This document shows, piece after piece, positions 31,711 to 44,447 of a DNA stretch of 64,000 nucleotides. Numbering within the stretch: position 1 is the stretch's first letter; each line of letters starts with the position of its first letter. The notes below the pieces were generated by a model. That model was not told the DNA's origin, made no database searches, and was given only the letters and a program-made list of their open reading frames with translations. The position numbers and the translations under genes are program-made. Source of the DNA: Cyanophora paradoxa CCMP329 (Eukaryota; Plantae; Glaucophyta); NCBI GenBank assembly GCA_004431415.1, contig QPMI01000507.1, forward strand, positions 124,001 to 188,000. Reading direction: 5' to 3'.

Positions 31711-33450
31711 TTACGCGGTCTGCGCGTGCGTCAAGAGCCGGTAGCGGTGCCAAGAAAAGAAGCAAAAACGAACGGCGTAGAACTTCTTGGCCATGGTGTC
31801 GAGGTCGACGGCCTTGATCTTGTCGGCGTTGCCGGCAGCGTTGAACTGCACGTAGCGGTCCTCGCAGACCTGAGCGATTGTCAGATACGAGTAGAACGCG
31901 ACACCGGCGCTGCCACTCGCACCTTCTGCATGTACTTCATCGAGGGCTTGAGGAAGTGGCGGGGGTCGAACTCCTTGGTGTCCTTGACGAGCGCCTCACG
32001 GACGGCCGCGGAGATGGCAAGGCGGCAGTCAGTGTCGATGTTGACCTGGCGTGCGTCGCTTAGCTTCTGCGGATCGCTGCAGCAGGTGCGCTTGCGCGCA
32101 AGCACCTTGCGGACACCAGCCTTGATGCCAGCCTGGATCTCCTCAACGGGCACACCGTAAGTCTCGGGGATGTTGCCGCCGTTGGCGTTGATCAGGGCGA
32201 GCAGGTCCTCCGGGACGGACGACGAGCCGTGCATGACCTATGATCGCGCGCGCAGGTAAGTGCACGGCTGTGCTGCGCGGAGCGCGCGCCGGCGGGCGCA
32301 CGAGGTGGGTGTTCGGGACGGCCTGGTTGATCTCACGGATGCGGTCAATGCGGAGGATAGCGCCGTCCGGCTTGCGGGAGAACTTGTAGGCGCCGTGGGA
32401 GGTGCCGATGGCGATGGCGAGGGCATCGACCTGCGCGCGTAGACAGTTGAGCAAAGAGGAACACGAGATTCGCCGAGGATTCGAAGCGGCCAGGCGCGCG
32501 CAGGCTGACCTTGGTGCGCTCGACGAAGTCCTTGGCCTGGGCCGGGTCGGTGAGCATCTGCTCGATGGTGAGGACGCCCTCAGCGCCGACGCCGTCCTCC
32601 TTGTCGCCCTGGCCGGTCTCGAGGTTGCCGAGGCAGCCGAGCTCGCCCTCGACGGACACACCGACGGCGTGCGCGAGGTCGCAGACGGTCTTGGTCACGT
32701 TAACGTTGTACTCGTAGCTGGCGGGGGTCTTCGAGTCCTCCTCGAGAGAGCCGTCCATCATGACGGAGGTGAAGCCGTTGCGGATGGCCGACAGGCAGGT
32801 GGCCGGGCCGTTGCCGTGGTCCTGGTGCATGGCGATCGGGATCTCGGGGTAGGTCTCCGCCGCGGCGAGGATGAGGTGGCGGAGGAAGTTCTCGCCGGCG
32901 TACGAGCGGGCACCGCGCGACGCCTGGAGGATGACGGGCGAGTTGGTCGCCTTAGCGGCCTCCATGATCGACTTGATCTGCTCCATGTTGTTCACGTTGA
33001 ACGCGGGGAGACCGTAGCCGTGCTCGGCGGCGTGGTCGAGGAGGATGCGCATGGGAACGAGCGCCATGCGGGTGACCTCGGCGCCCTCATTGCTGCGCGG
33101 TTTCGGCGATCAGAATAGGAAGCGACACGATGTCGACGACTATCGAAATGGGTTTCGGGGCGCCCCGCCCGCCCAGAAGCGGCCAGGGGGGAGTCGCCCT
33201 AAGGTGCGCGCAGCGCGCGATATTTTTCGTTCCGGCGGCGGGGGGCGCGCCACGCTTAACAGGCTTCTAGAGAACGAAGAATGAAGGCGAAAACGCACTT
33301 CTTGGGGGCCTGAACGTTGTTCAGGAAGAACCCGAGGCGGCGGCCGCCCTTCAGGAAGCCGGCCTTGGCCTGGCACACCTCCGACTTCTTCGACGCAACC
33401 GACGGGGCGGTGCGGGAGATAACGACCGGGGCGGTGGTGGCGAACGCCAT
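31711..33450 (-). CDS. fbaA: Class II fructose-bisphosphate aldolase, cyanobacterial (CbbA/FbaA) type, with plastid transit peptide
   Basis: Transit peptide [10 protein letters not shown]... is spliced to [30 protein letters not shown]...HQDHG...MMDGSL...EGELG...[11 protein letters not shown]...MHGSSSVP...VNIDTD...FDPR. All six introns are GT-AG. The last exon is ACCGCGTAA. Confidence 0.97.
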
Positions 33451-33776
33451 GGCTGATGTTTCCTGAACGAACGAGGAATGAGCCCTACCCCGGCGGCGGC
33501 GATGATGTAGCCCAATAGGGTGCGAGGTCTGTACCCCCGCTCGCAAGCCGCGAGCCACAAGCGGGCCGCAAGGCCCGGACTCTACAGGCTTGCAGCTGTT
33601 GCAGTACAGTTGTACCCGATAGCCGGCGCCTGAATTCGCGGCTGGGGCGGTCATGAGTCTAGCAGCACAGCTGCAGGTTCTGGCCGGCGCGGAAGGTGTT
33701 CGCATCCCGCCCAACACCGCCGGACGCGCTCATGCGCACTTCTCCAAGCGCTCGATGATGCGCGGCCTTGAGCTCT

Positions 33777-34762
33777 GAGCGACCTCTCCGGATCCGGCGC
33801 CCCGGCGCTCTCGCTTGCAATTTGGCCAGAAAGAGAGCGGCCGCCGGCTTCAGCGAGTCGGCCCAGGTAGTCTAGGCACGCGCGATGGCGTCCGTGTACC
33901 ACACGCTCTCGCCTCAGCCCTCCAGCTCTCAGCTCATCGAACCAGAGCAAGCCATGGTCGCCCGGCCGCGGAAGCGCCTGTCGCTGCCGACGCTTAAGGT
34001 CAAAGACCAGCTGCAGACCCGCCTGCAGACGCTCCTGGCCGTAGACACAACGCGCGCTCGCTGGCTGGCCCTCCAAACAAGTTCTGACGTGAGCGCCTCG
34101 GAAACGCACGCTTGATTCCGTTCGTGCCGCGCGGCTTCTGATCTTCCAGCCTCTGTTCGCAGCTGCGCGGCTTCGAGCGGGAGACGCAGACCCGAGCGCA
34201 GGCCCGGGCGCAGGACTGCAGCTGGAGCCCGCGGGAGTCCTCGTCGCTCTCCTCCGTGCGCCCCCGGGCCCGCGGGGCGCGCCAGACTGGGCCGCCGGCG
34301 CCTCTGATGCGCGCGGGCGCTCTGGCGGGGGCAGTGCGACCTGCCGACGTCGCCCTCCGTCGAGGAGCGCCTCTCCCGCCTCGAGGCGTCCCTCGCGGCG
34401 CTCCTCCGCCCCTCCCCCGACGCCTCCGCCGCCGCCGCCCCGCCACAGCTCCCGCCCGCGCCGGTACGCCCGCGTCGTAATTCCCATTGCGCGGCGCCCC
34501 TGTCCGAACCCGCTCTGCCTCGCAGGAAAAGCCCACGCCGCGGCGCCGGTCGCCGCCCCGGGAGCGCGCATGCGAGTGCGCTGTGGCGAGGGAAGAGCTG
34601 CAGCGCGTGTCTGAGGCGGTCCGCTCCGTCCCACCTCCGGCCTCCCCCGGCTCGTGCCCCGGCTGACCTCCGCCCTCGGCAGATCGCGAGGCTCGAGGGG
34701 CGGCTGGAGGAGGCCCCGGCGCGCGCCGCCTCCGAGGGCGGCCGGCGGGAGCTTCAGGCCGC
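33777..34762 (+). pseudogene. Inverted, 3'-truncated, intron-containing duplicate of the 5' part of the gene at 472-2481
   Basis: Near-identical to the reverse complement of ~1607-2570 (compare ORFs 33885-34115 and 2251-2481). Similarity stops after ...GGGAGCTTCAGGCCGC. Confidence 0.85.
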
Positions 34763-35233
34763 CCCTGCGGCGCGCGTAAGCGCCAACGTACTGGCCGTGC
34801 CCGCGGCCGCCCCCGGGCCACTCTTTACTGCAATATTTACTAAGTTAATCGCCCCATTTAGTCAGTGAATTCGATCTTTCGCCCGCGCCCGGGCACGCCG
34901 GCATACGCGAGACGTTGTGTGCAGCTGCCAGGCTTGCCGGCGATACACTGTGATACACTCAGCTGGTCCGACGGGCCTACCAATCGCGCGGAGTGAGGGC
35001 GCAGAGCCGCGAGAGGGGCAGAGAGCGGAGCGACAGGGCATCTGCCAAGCTCCAAGCTCGAGTCCGCTGGGCTATTCGTGCATATGCTCCTCGAAATTGG
35101 CGCGAGGTCGGGTTGGAGCCGCAGTCATTCTGCAGCTGATCCCCAAGCTCTCCGCAGGCTTCGGGGCGATAGGCTATGCCAGCTGCAAGCATTGTGGAGC
35201 AGCGATGGCTCTCTAGAACGCCCCGGCGACTGC

Positions 35234-35846
35234 TCAGTCCATCTGCGCGTAGCGGAGATGTGGCGGCAATTTCTTGGCCTCCTCCTCGGGGTCCGCGGAC
35301 TTCTTCCTGCAGAACCGTATGGCGATGAAGATGGACACAACGACGAGAACGAAGACCAGCTGCGCGCGAGAGTCAACTGGCTATGCGGCCTGTAGCGGAA
35401 CAAGGCTCTGCGCTCATACCAGCGCGACAGTGAACTGCGGAGCGGCGGCGGTGTAAGAAAGGGACAGCAGAGCGTCTAGCTGGAGCATCGGCGCGGTTCG
35501 GGCGGCGGGCGTGCGGACCTTCAGGGCCAGGTCCGCGATGGAGCCTTCGAAGTTATTGCCGCCCCCTGCGTTGGCCTGGCGACGGTCGATGAGTCACAGG
35601 CTCAAGACAGTGCAGCTTCAGCGCACCGAGACGACCGGCTGGCTCATCAGGCGGCACGCGTTCTGAGTACGGAAGCTGTGCTGAAGACGAGTAAACAACC
35701 GCACGCCGACCGAGATTTGTGTGTCCGCAGTGTTGCCACTGCGTTGCACAGTGTTCAAGAGTGTTCTCAGTGTTGCGCCGGGCGGGTACACAGTTAGCTA
35801 GTTGGGCCGAGACTGTGGTGAGGGCGAACCAGCATATACTGAGCAC
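35234..35846 (-). CDS. Small multi-exon single-pass membrane protein (5' end undefined)
   Basis: Exons join to GGGNNFEGSIADLALK|FTVAL|LVFVLVVVSIFIAIRFCRKKSADPEEEAKKLPPHLRYAQMD*. A signal-like exon (VLSICWFALTTVSAQ) lies upstream. Confidence 0.5.
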
Positions 35847-36088
35847 CTGCAGGGTTCTTTATCTGTCAGAAGAAGCTTTCAAACTATGCTAGGTCGCTAC
35901 GAGGCCTAGCTGTGCCTCCGCAGCGAATCCGCGCCGACGGCCGCGAGGGCGCACGAGCGTCGTGTTTCGAGATACTTAGAACAGCAAGAACATCCAGCGA
36001 GCTTCGGGCGCTCCCCCGCCTTCGGCGCGTGCGGCACCGGGCACAAGCTGCGGCGACAAGCGACTCGTGAAGCAGCGCCCCCCGCGGC

Positions 36089-38747
36089 ATGGTGGGTCTC
36101 ATCGGCTATCCCCTCGAAGATACATCTCAGCCGCACGGGACGCCGGGCGTCGGGGCCTACCATCTCCCCGAGGGCGCCTTCCGGCAGCGATGTGTGGCGC
36201 CAGCGTTCCAGCCGCGGCCGCCGGCGCGGGACAGCCCGCACAAGTATGCCCCTCGGGGCCCCGGAGCGTACGAATCCGCCAGCGCTCGTGATTTCGTCGG
36301 GTCAAAGGCGCTGGCAGTGCTCTTTTACGAGCAGAAGTGTGAGGTGCCGCTCGCCCCGCCGCCGGTGCTGCGCACGAGCGGGCTTTGCGTCGTTGCCGAC
36401 CGCGCCGCAGCGACAGATCGACATCCGGCCTCGGAGCGCACCCGCGACGCCGGGCCCCGGCTTCTACAAGAGCAAGGCCGTCCCGCGGCCGAGCGGCGGG
36501 GTCGTCGCGCAGACCCCCCGCCCCGCCTTCGGCAGCGGGGTGCGCTGCGCCCGCCGCCCCTCCGCTTCGCAGCGGCGGCGGCTGACTTCGAAGGGGCGCA
36601 GATCGATCCCACGGTGCCGGGCCCTGCGGATTACCGGCCGCAGGGGGCAACGACGCCGCGAGCGCCGTCCGCGCTGCTGCGGCTGACGTCGGCACGCTCC
36701 GGGGACCCCGCCTTCGAGCACATGCGTGCGCGCGGCCGCCCAAGGCGCGGCGCGGCGGGGCGTGGCGCGACGCGGGGCGCAGGGAGCACGCCGGCGCCGG
36801 GCCAGTACCCAGAGGCGGCGGGGGCCCTCTCGAACCTCCGTCCCTCGGCCCCGGCCTTCACTTTCACGTACACGCCGCGCTGGGGCAAGCGGAGGCCGAA
36901 GCCCGGCGAGCGCATCGACCCCTGGGGCTCCCCGCTCGTGAAACCCGAGGTCCGCAAGTCGGCGGCGGCCAAGGCGGCGGCGCGCCTGCTGGCGGCGATG
37001 CGCGAGGGGGCCGGCACGGCGCGGAGCGAGGGGGACGCGGCGGACGCGGCGGAGGGGGCGGAGGAGCAGGAGGAGGAGGCCCCGCCGGAGGACGTGATCG
37101 AGGCGAACGTTCGCCTCGCGAGCAGCCTCACGCGGGGTGCCATCGCCGCGCGCCGCGAGGCAGTGGTGCGCGCGACCCCGGCCGCCCCGCCCCGCGCCGC
37201 CGACGCGCGGCGGGCAGCTGGAGGCGCGGGAGGAGCGGGGCCGTGAGGCGCGGGAGCGGCAGGAGCGGGCGGCAGAGGAGAAGCGCGCCCGCCGCCTCCT
37301 GCTCGCCTCCCGCCACGACGAGCGCCTCCGCGTCGTGCGGCCTTCTCAGCCCCCTCCCCGCCCTCCCCGCCCCCGCCGGCCCCGCGACCGCTCACCCCCG
37401 GGCGCAGACGGCGCTGCACAAGCGGCAGTACAACTGGGCCCTTGTGGCGGCGCACGCCGCCCGCCTCGGCCTCCTCGCCGCCGCCGTCGTCGTGCGCCCC
37501 TCGAGGCCGCTCCCGTCCGCGCACGCGCGGGGCGGCTCAGAGAGGGGGCAGAGGGGGCGGCGGGAGCGGGCGGTGGCGCTGATGGAGGGGGAGGCGGTGG
37601 CGCGGGTGCGGCGGTTCGCCCGCCGCTGGCTCCGCCGCGTCCGCGTCAAGCGCCGCGAGCACGCCTACCGCGTCCTCACCCGGTCCCCCGCCCCCGCCCC
37701 GCCCCGCCCCGCGCCACCTGGGGTGACGGGGCGGCAGCTTCGTGAAGGTGGTGCGGCTGAAGGTGCGGGCGGGACTGCGGGTGTGGGGCGCCACCGTCCT
37801 GCGCACCTTCTTCCGGGGCGCCGGCAAGCCCATCGAGGCCCTCCTCGTCATCCGCTCCTTCCGCCACAAGAGTCCGCCCCGCCCCCACCACGGCCCTGCC
37901 CCCGCCCCGCCCTCCCCGCCGACTGACCGGACGGGCCGGCCTGCAGTGGTGCGGCTGCAGCGGGAGATCCGCTCGTTCCTTCAGATCCGGGAGGCCCAGC
38001 TGGCGCTGCTGCGGCGGCAGTGGGCGCGCCTCGAGGGGAGCATCCTCGCCCTCGAGAGCGCCCCGCGGCACTTCAGCCACGCCCAGGCCCACGCCCCGCC
38101 CCCCGCGCCCCCGCCCGCCGCCCCCTCCCCGCGCCGGCCCCACGCCAAGTGCGTCGCGCCCTCGGCCGGCGCGCCCTCTCCCCGGATGACGCCGGCGCAG
38201 GGGCGCGGGCAAGGGCAAGGCGGAGGGGAAGGCCGAGGCGGCGCCGCACCCGCACCCTGCGCCCTCCCCGGCCCTCGCCCCGAAGCAGCAGGGCGCACCG
38301 CACGCCAGCCCCGTACCCGCGTGCGTGCCGCCGCGCCCCGCGCCGGCCCCCGGCCCGACCGACCGATCGGGGGGCTGCAGGGAGGTGCGGGAGGAGCTCC
38401 TACGGAAGAGCCTGACGGGGAGGAGGCGGGAGCACCGGGAGGCGCTGATCGCGTGGGACAATGAGAAGGACGGGTACATCCGGGAGGCGGTGCGGCGGCA
38501 GGAGGAGGCCCGCATCCGGCACTTCATGGCCTCCTCCTCGGGGCGGCCCCTCGCCCTCCCGGACCGCGACGGCGTCGTCGACAAAGCGACGCGCTTCAAC
38601 TACGCTCTCCTCCCCAAGGAGCAGCGCCCGCCCCTCTTCCGCGCCCGCCTCGACGAGACCGCGATGCGCGCCCTCGTCCTCCGCGGGCGCGACATCGCCG
38701 CCGCCCGCGCCGCCGCCCTCGCCGCCGGCCCCGCCGCCCCCAACTAG
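36089..38747 (+). CDS. SHIPPO/ODF3-type PGP-repeat protein with IQ-like helical C-terminal half (probably axonemal)
   Basis: Repeats TPGVGAY, GPGAY, TPGPGFY, VPGPADY, TPAPGQY and PAFTF; IQ-like VVRLQREIRSFLQIR. The start codon is uncertain. Confidence 0.65.
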
Positions 38748-38932
38748 ACGTCTACAGTAGCTAGTTCAGTTAATTAACGTGCAGGACTAGTATACGTACT
38801 AGTTACTAGCCGACACGCGTAATCATGATCGCGCTGTTAGCCGGGCCCGGGTACCCAACACTTCGTTCGCTCAGTTCGCTCGAGGGTCTTTGCCGCCGCC
38901 CGGCTCCGAGCTTTGGCAAGAGCAGAGGCCGC

Positions 38933-40737
38933 ATGGCGTCGGCGATTCCTATGCGGCCGCTCGCCGCAGGCGCGGCCAGCGACGCGGAGCATGAGCGTTC
39001 TGAGTTCTTCCGCAATTCGCGGCAGCGGAGCACGGAGGAGGGCTGCTTCTCTGGCCTGCAGGACACAGTGATGGAGGGGCTCGATGGGGACCGCCTCTAC
39101 CTTTGGAGGAAGTGCGCTCGTCTCGCCACGCGGGCGCCAGGCCGGGCGCCAACCGACCGTGGAATCACCGCGCAGGGACGTCGGGAACCGCAAGACGAAG
39201 GCCTTCATCATCGCAGGAGTCGTCATTTCGATCCCCCTGATCATAGCCCTCTGCGTTGCCGTGGCCTTCGCCGTGCGGAACGCAGGCGCGGGCAGCAGCT
39301 CGACGCTCAAGTGCGCGATGGTCAATTTGGATGGTGATGGATGCTAGCTAACAGTGCCGCGCGACCGCGCAACGCAGCAATTTCGGGAACGGCCTCCGCT
39401 CCGACCAGGGACCCCAGAAGCAGGACTACGGCATTCCCAACCCCGTATTCAACTTCGCGGTCATTGGCGGTGCGCGTGTGTCTCGCGTGCGCTCCAGCGG
39501 CGGGGCGCCGACGCGGCGGGGCGGGGCAGACTGGGGCCGGCGGGGGATGTACAATCAGAAGGAGGTGGCCGACGTGATGGGCGCCGTGTGCGAGAAGCGG
39601 AACTGCTCGTTCGTGGTGTCGACGGGGGACAACTTCTACGACTGGGGCGTGGACAGCACGGACGACAAGCAGTGGCGCTCCTCGTTCCGCGAGGTCTACA
39701 CCGCCGACTCCCTCATGGCGCGCCCCGCCCCGCCCCGCCGGCGCCGGCGCCCCGCCGCGTCGAGCGCGGCCGCGCAGGTTCGGTGGTACAGCATCCTGGG
39801 GAACCACGACTACCTGGGCATGGCGGACGCGCAGGTGGACAAGACGAAGGAGGGCGGGCGCTGGTTCATGCCCGACCGCTACTACGGCGTCCGCATGAGC
39901 GTCGACGCGATCGGCAAGTCGCAGCCGTTCAGCCTCAACATGTACTTCCTCGACACGAACCCCTTCGTCGAGGACTACCGCACCCGCCAGGGCTACTGGG
40001 GCGACACCGACATCCTCCTCCAGGCGCGCCCCGCTGCGCCTCGGCGGCAGGGCACGGGCCGGGCTGCGCCGGGCTGAGCTCGGCTGCAGGACACGAACGC
40101 GCAGCTGGCGTGGCTGGACGCGCGGCTCTCGGAGAACCGCTCCGACTGGACGATCGTCGTGGGGCACCACCCCATCCGCTCCTACGGGCCCCACGGGGAC
40201 CAGCCCGAGCTGCAGCGCTTCATCGACCCGCTGCTCCGCATGCACAAGGTCCACGCCTACTTCAACGGCCACGACCACAACATGGAGCACATCAAGACCC
40301 CCGTCCGCCCGCCCCCACCCGCCAGCCCGCCAGCCCGCCCAGCCGAGCTCACCCCCCGCAGGGCTCCCCGCACTACATCACCTCGGGCGCCGGCTCCGCC
40401 ACGTACCCCCTGAGCAGGGTGCGCGGCACCCGCGGTGCGCCGGGGTGCGGGCGGCGGGGGGGCGGACGCGGGGCGGGGCCAGGTGAGCGCGCCGGACATG
40501 CTCTACGGCTCGGCGGACTCCTCCTTCGTCTGGGTCGCCATGAACCACACCCACATGGACCTCGAGGCCCGCCCGCCCCCGGCCCCCGCCCCCTCTCTTC
40601 GGCCTCTCTCGCCGGCTCGAGCGCCCCGCCCCGCCCCGCCCCGCCCGCAGGTCTTCTCCTGGGACGGGGCGTCGCAGTACAAGGCGAGCATCCCGCAGAA
40701 CTTCTGGGCCAGCGAGCCCTCCAACAGCCGCCCCTAG
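38933..40737 (+). CDS. Purple (tartrate-resistant-type) acid phosphatase with N-terminal membrane anchor
   Basis: Metal motifs G|DWG, GDNFY, GNHDY, VVGHHP and NGHDH, plus SGAGS. A TM segment (AFIIAGVVISIPLIIALCVAVAFAV) precedes the catalytic domain. Confidence 0.93.
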
Positions 40738-41793
40738 GCCCCGCCCCGCCGCGGGCCTCTTTTTACTTAGCAACTCGGCCAGACGCTAGCTAGCCAGCCT
40801 TAGGTAGGGCCTGCAGTCCCGCAGGCGTGTACTCTCCGTGTAACCCAAGTACTTCTAGTTTCTGCAGAGACATTGATCATGCCTCGGTGAGTCTACATTA
40901 TAGCTTAAGCAGACTTCGAGACGCGTGTCCGACGGTCCCTTCTAGATCTATCTGCTAGCCTTGCGCTAGCGGAAACCTAGAGGCCCCAGGTAACACAATC
41001 ATGAATATCTAGCGTTAGAACCGTGCACGTGAACTTTGGAAACTTGAAAACCCTCGAGTTCAGCTTGCAGGCCCCCCGCGGCCGGCGCCCGGCCGCGCCT
41101 AGCCTTGAATGCGCAGCGTGCGCGTATACGTTCGTCACGGCGTATACGTAAATTAAACGTGCCCCCCGAGGAGTGGGGCGACGAGGACGAAGAGTCCCCC
41201 GGGCCGGAGGGGGGGACGAGGGCCGGGCGAGGAGTACTACGACGACGAGGAGGAGGGGGGGACGGAGTACGAGACGGACCTGCCCGAGCGCGACTTTGAC
41301 GTGCGTTCTGGAAAGGCCCAAGAAGCCTTGAAGTTAGGGATATGACATTCTAAGAGGGGCCTCCCGGAGTGCGAGGCTCCGAGGCTCCGAGAGGCTCCCT
41401 CCACCCCTGGCCCGCCGGGGCGGGCCGGCCCGCCCCGCCCCTCAGCTGCAGACTCTGCTGAGAGTCTCGGAATTCCAGGGGTCCCGCGGCCCGTCTCCAA
41501 TTTCAACCCTCATGATCACGGCGGCCGCGGCGGACTTGGAAGGAAAATGCGTTCAACGGTTTGTATTCACAAACTTGAAGTTTTCAATTTGCATACTATG
41601 ATATGCTGTATGTACTATTGCATACTGTAGCTAATCTAGCTCTACCTGGGAACCGTGAACTGCAGCTGGCTAGACTTGGAAATTCAATGATTAAGCATAC
41701 AGGATGATCGCTGGAAGAGGCACATGCATGGTCACTAGACTAGCGGGAGCGCTGCGCCGGCGGGGGCTGAACTCGAGCGCGGGCGACGAGGGC

Positions 41794-44447
41794 TCAGACG
41801 AGCTGGGCGGGGATGTTGGCGCTCGCGTTGTAGTCAACCCAGTCGAAGGCGCAGCGGCCGAGGAGGCCGGCGGGGAGGCCGAAGGCGTCGACGAGGTCGA
41901 GGGCGGCGGGGCGGAGCTCGGCGGCGAGGCGCACGACCAGCCGGTGCACGCGCTCCTGTGTCGCCCGGTCCCCGGCGTAGCGGCCCCGCAGGAAGCCCGC
42001 CTCCTCTGCAGCGCCGCCCCGCGTCAGGCGCGCGCCGCGGGGCGGGGCGGGGCGGGGGCGGCGGGGCGGGGCGGCGGGGCGGGGCGGACGGTCGATGCGG
42101 GAGAGGGCGTGGAGGGTGCGGAGGGCGGAGAGGACGGGCCGCAGCTCCTCGGGGGCCGCCTTGATGCCGGCCGTGAAAGCGTCCAGCACGTGCAGCTCCA
42201 TGTGCGCCGCCGCCGCCTCCATCGCCCCGTCCTGCACGCTGTTCCACGCCTCGAACTCGGCTGCGCGGCGCGGGGTGAGCTGCTGGCCGCCGGCGGCGCG
42301 GAGCGGCGCGGGGCGGGCGGGGCGGGGCGCACGCAGGCGCTCCTTGGCATCGCGGTAGGAGGAGGCGAGGCGGTGGAGGGCATCGGCGGCGCGCAGGGCG
42401 AAGACGCGGCGCTGGTACTCGATGCCGCCGACGTCGCACTCGCTGTGCGTCTCGTAGCCGGCGTCCCCGGCCTCGCGCGCCTGCACCGTGAGCGAGAGGA
42501 GCCCCGTCGCGCCGCTCTTCGCCAGGCCCGAGAGGAGCGTCCGCCCAACGCCCTGCAGCATCACCTTGTTGTCCCCCTCGTACGTCGTCGAGACGCAGTG
42601 GTCCGAGAGCAGCGTCCCCAGCCGGCTGTCGCTCTTGAAGCCTGCGCCGGCGTCAGCGGGGGGGCGCCCGGGGCGGGGGCCGGGCCGGGGGCGGGGCGGG
42701 CCTTGGGCGCCGCAGGCCTCGCGGCACTCGACGAGGGTGCGGACGACGTGGTAGGTGGAGAGGGCCTTGAGGCCGGAGGAGATGAAGTGCAGCTCGCGCG
42801 CCTCCGCCGGGTCCTCCCTCGCGAACCGCCTCTTCAGGTCGAGCGCCGCGAAGTTGAACGCCACCGTGGACGCCAGGAGCGGCAGCAGCCGCAGCTGGTG
42901 CGACTGGTAGTCCATGATCGGCACCTCGGGCGGCGGCGCCTGCTCGCCGGGCTGCGCCTTGGGGCCGAAGACGCGGCGCGTGCACGAGTAGCGGACGGCA
43001 GTGGCGAGGGCGAGCTGCGATGCCCGCACCGAGGTGATCGAGATGATCACGCGGCCCCGCGTCAGGGGCGCTGCGCCGCGCTCCCGTCAGCAGGCACAGG
43101 GCGCGCTGGGACGGGGTCGCCCCTCACCCATGTAGGCGGCGAAGAGGCGGTCGGGGTCGGGGATCGAGGAGGTGTAGGAGCCGTCCTCGTGGACCTGCCC
43201 GGAGGGATTAGGCGGGGCGGAGGCGGGAGCGTCGGGGGCCGGACCTGGGCGAGGTGGTCGAGGTGGGAGTCGCGCGGGATGCGCACGCCGTCGAGCCAGA
43301 GGCGCCCGTTGTCGATGCCGTTCATGCCCACCTTGTGGCCCACGTCCGCCGTCCGCACCCCCGGCAGGTTCTTCCCCGACTCGTCCCTGCTCCCGTGTGA
43401 GCCGCCCGCGAACGCGCGGGGGGCGCAGCGCGCGGGCGCGGCACCGGAGGGGAACGAGGAAGGGGTGGACGCCGCGGTGGATCCAGACGGTGCGGCCCTG
43501 GCGGCGGGCCTCGACGTCGGGGGTGTAGAGCTGCGCCCAGACGCAGCCGATGCGCCCGTGCTTGGCGACGTTGCCGATCCAGTACTTCTGAGCCGTCTCC
43601 TTCGGCGTCCGCATCACGAACTCCCCCGTGTCGGCGTCGTAGCGCGCCTCCGTCTCGAGGCCCTTGACGTTCGTCCCGTGCCCAAGCTCTGCTGGGGCCG
43701 TGAGCGGACGACGCAGGGCGAGGCGCCACGGCGGTGCCCGTACCGGTGAGACAGTACGATCCCGGAAGGCGCAAGCTCTCAATCTCGGGAAGCAGCTTGT
43801 GGTGCTTTTCTGCGAGTGGGCGGTGAGCTTGCTGGCTTAGGCTAGAGACAGGGCGGGGCCACTGGGCCAGGCGGACCCGTGCCGAACTTCCACACGGCGA
43901 CGCCGAAGAGGCCGAGGTGCACGGCGGTCTTGATCTGCGTTTGGAGCTCGTGGCAAGCGAGGCACTCGAGCATGGCCTGCCCGCGGAGCGCCGCCCTGGA
44001 GAAGGCACGAGAGTCAGGCGGAGGCGGCACCACTGAAGCTGGAGCGGACGCACTTCTCGTCCCCCGCCTTGGTGAGGTATCCATCCCAGAAACCGCACTC
44101 AGCGAGGCGCTTGAGGCGGGCGAGGAGGAGCTCGCGGTGCTCATCGAGCCTGCCGCGGTGCCGTTGGCGAGGCGAGGGCGCTGCGGCGTTGAGCGGGCGC
44201 TAGACACGCACGTCATGTCATACTTGAACTGGAAGACGGGGTCGGTCGCCAGGAAGTTCAGCAGACGCTCGCGGAACTCCAGATCATGGCCCCAGAAGAC
44301 ATCGCGCAGCTGCCGCGGCTCGAACTTTATGTCTGACGCCGAGAGAGGCCGAAGACGGGGCGTCGAGGTGCCCTTAGCCTTCAGGCCCCCACCAGTAGAG
44401 CGGGGCGTTGCGAGGCCGGCGAGGAAGGGCAGGCACGCAGCAAACAT
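41794..44447 (-). CDS. Acyl-CoA oxidase
   Basis: VHLGLFG, CLT|ELGHGTNVKGLETEARYD, AQKYWIG, GHKVGMNGIDNG, AVRYSCTRRVFG, IMDYQSHQLRLLP, CREACGAQG, TYEGDNKVMLQ, LRPAALDLVDAF. Confidence 0.93.

Noticed and set aside
41105-41345. Acidic peptide-like fragment (PEEWGDEDEESPG...YYDDEEEGGTEYETDLPERDFD)
   Set aside because: No credible start or splice context, and the frame shifts in a G run. It cannot be called a gene.
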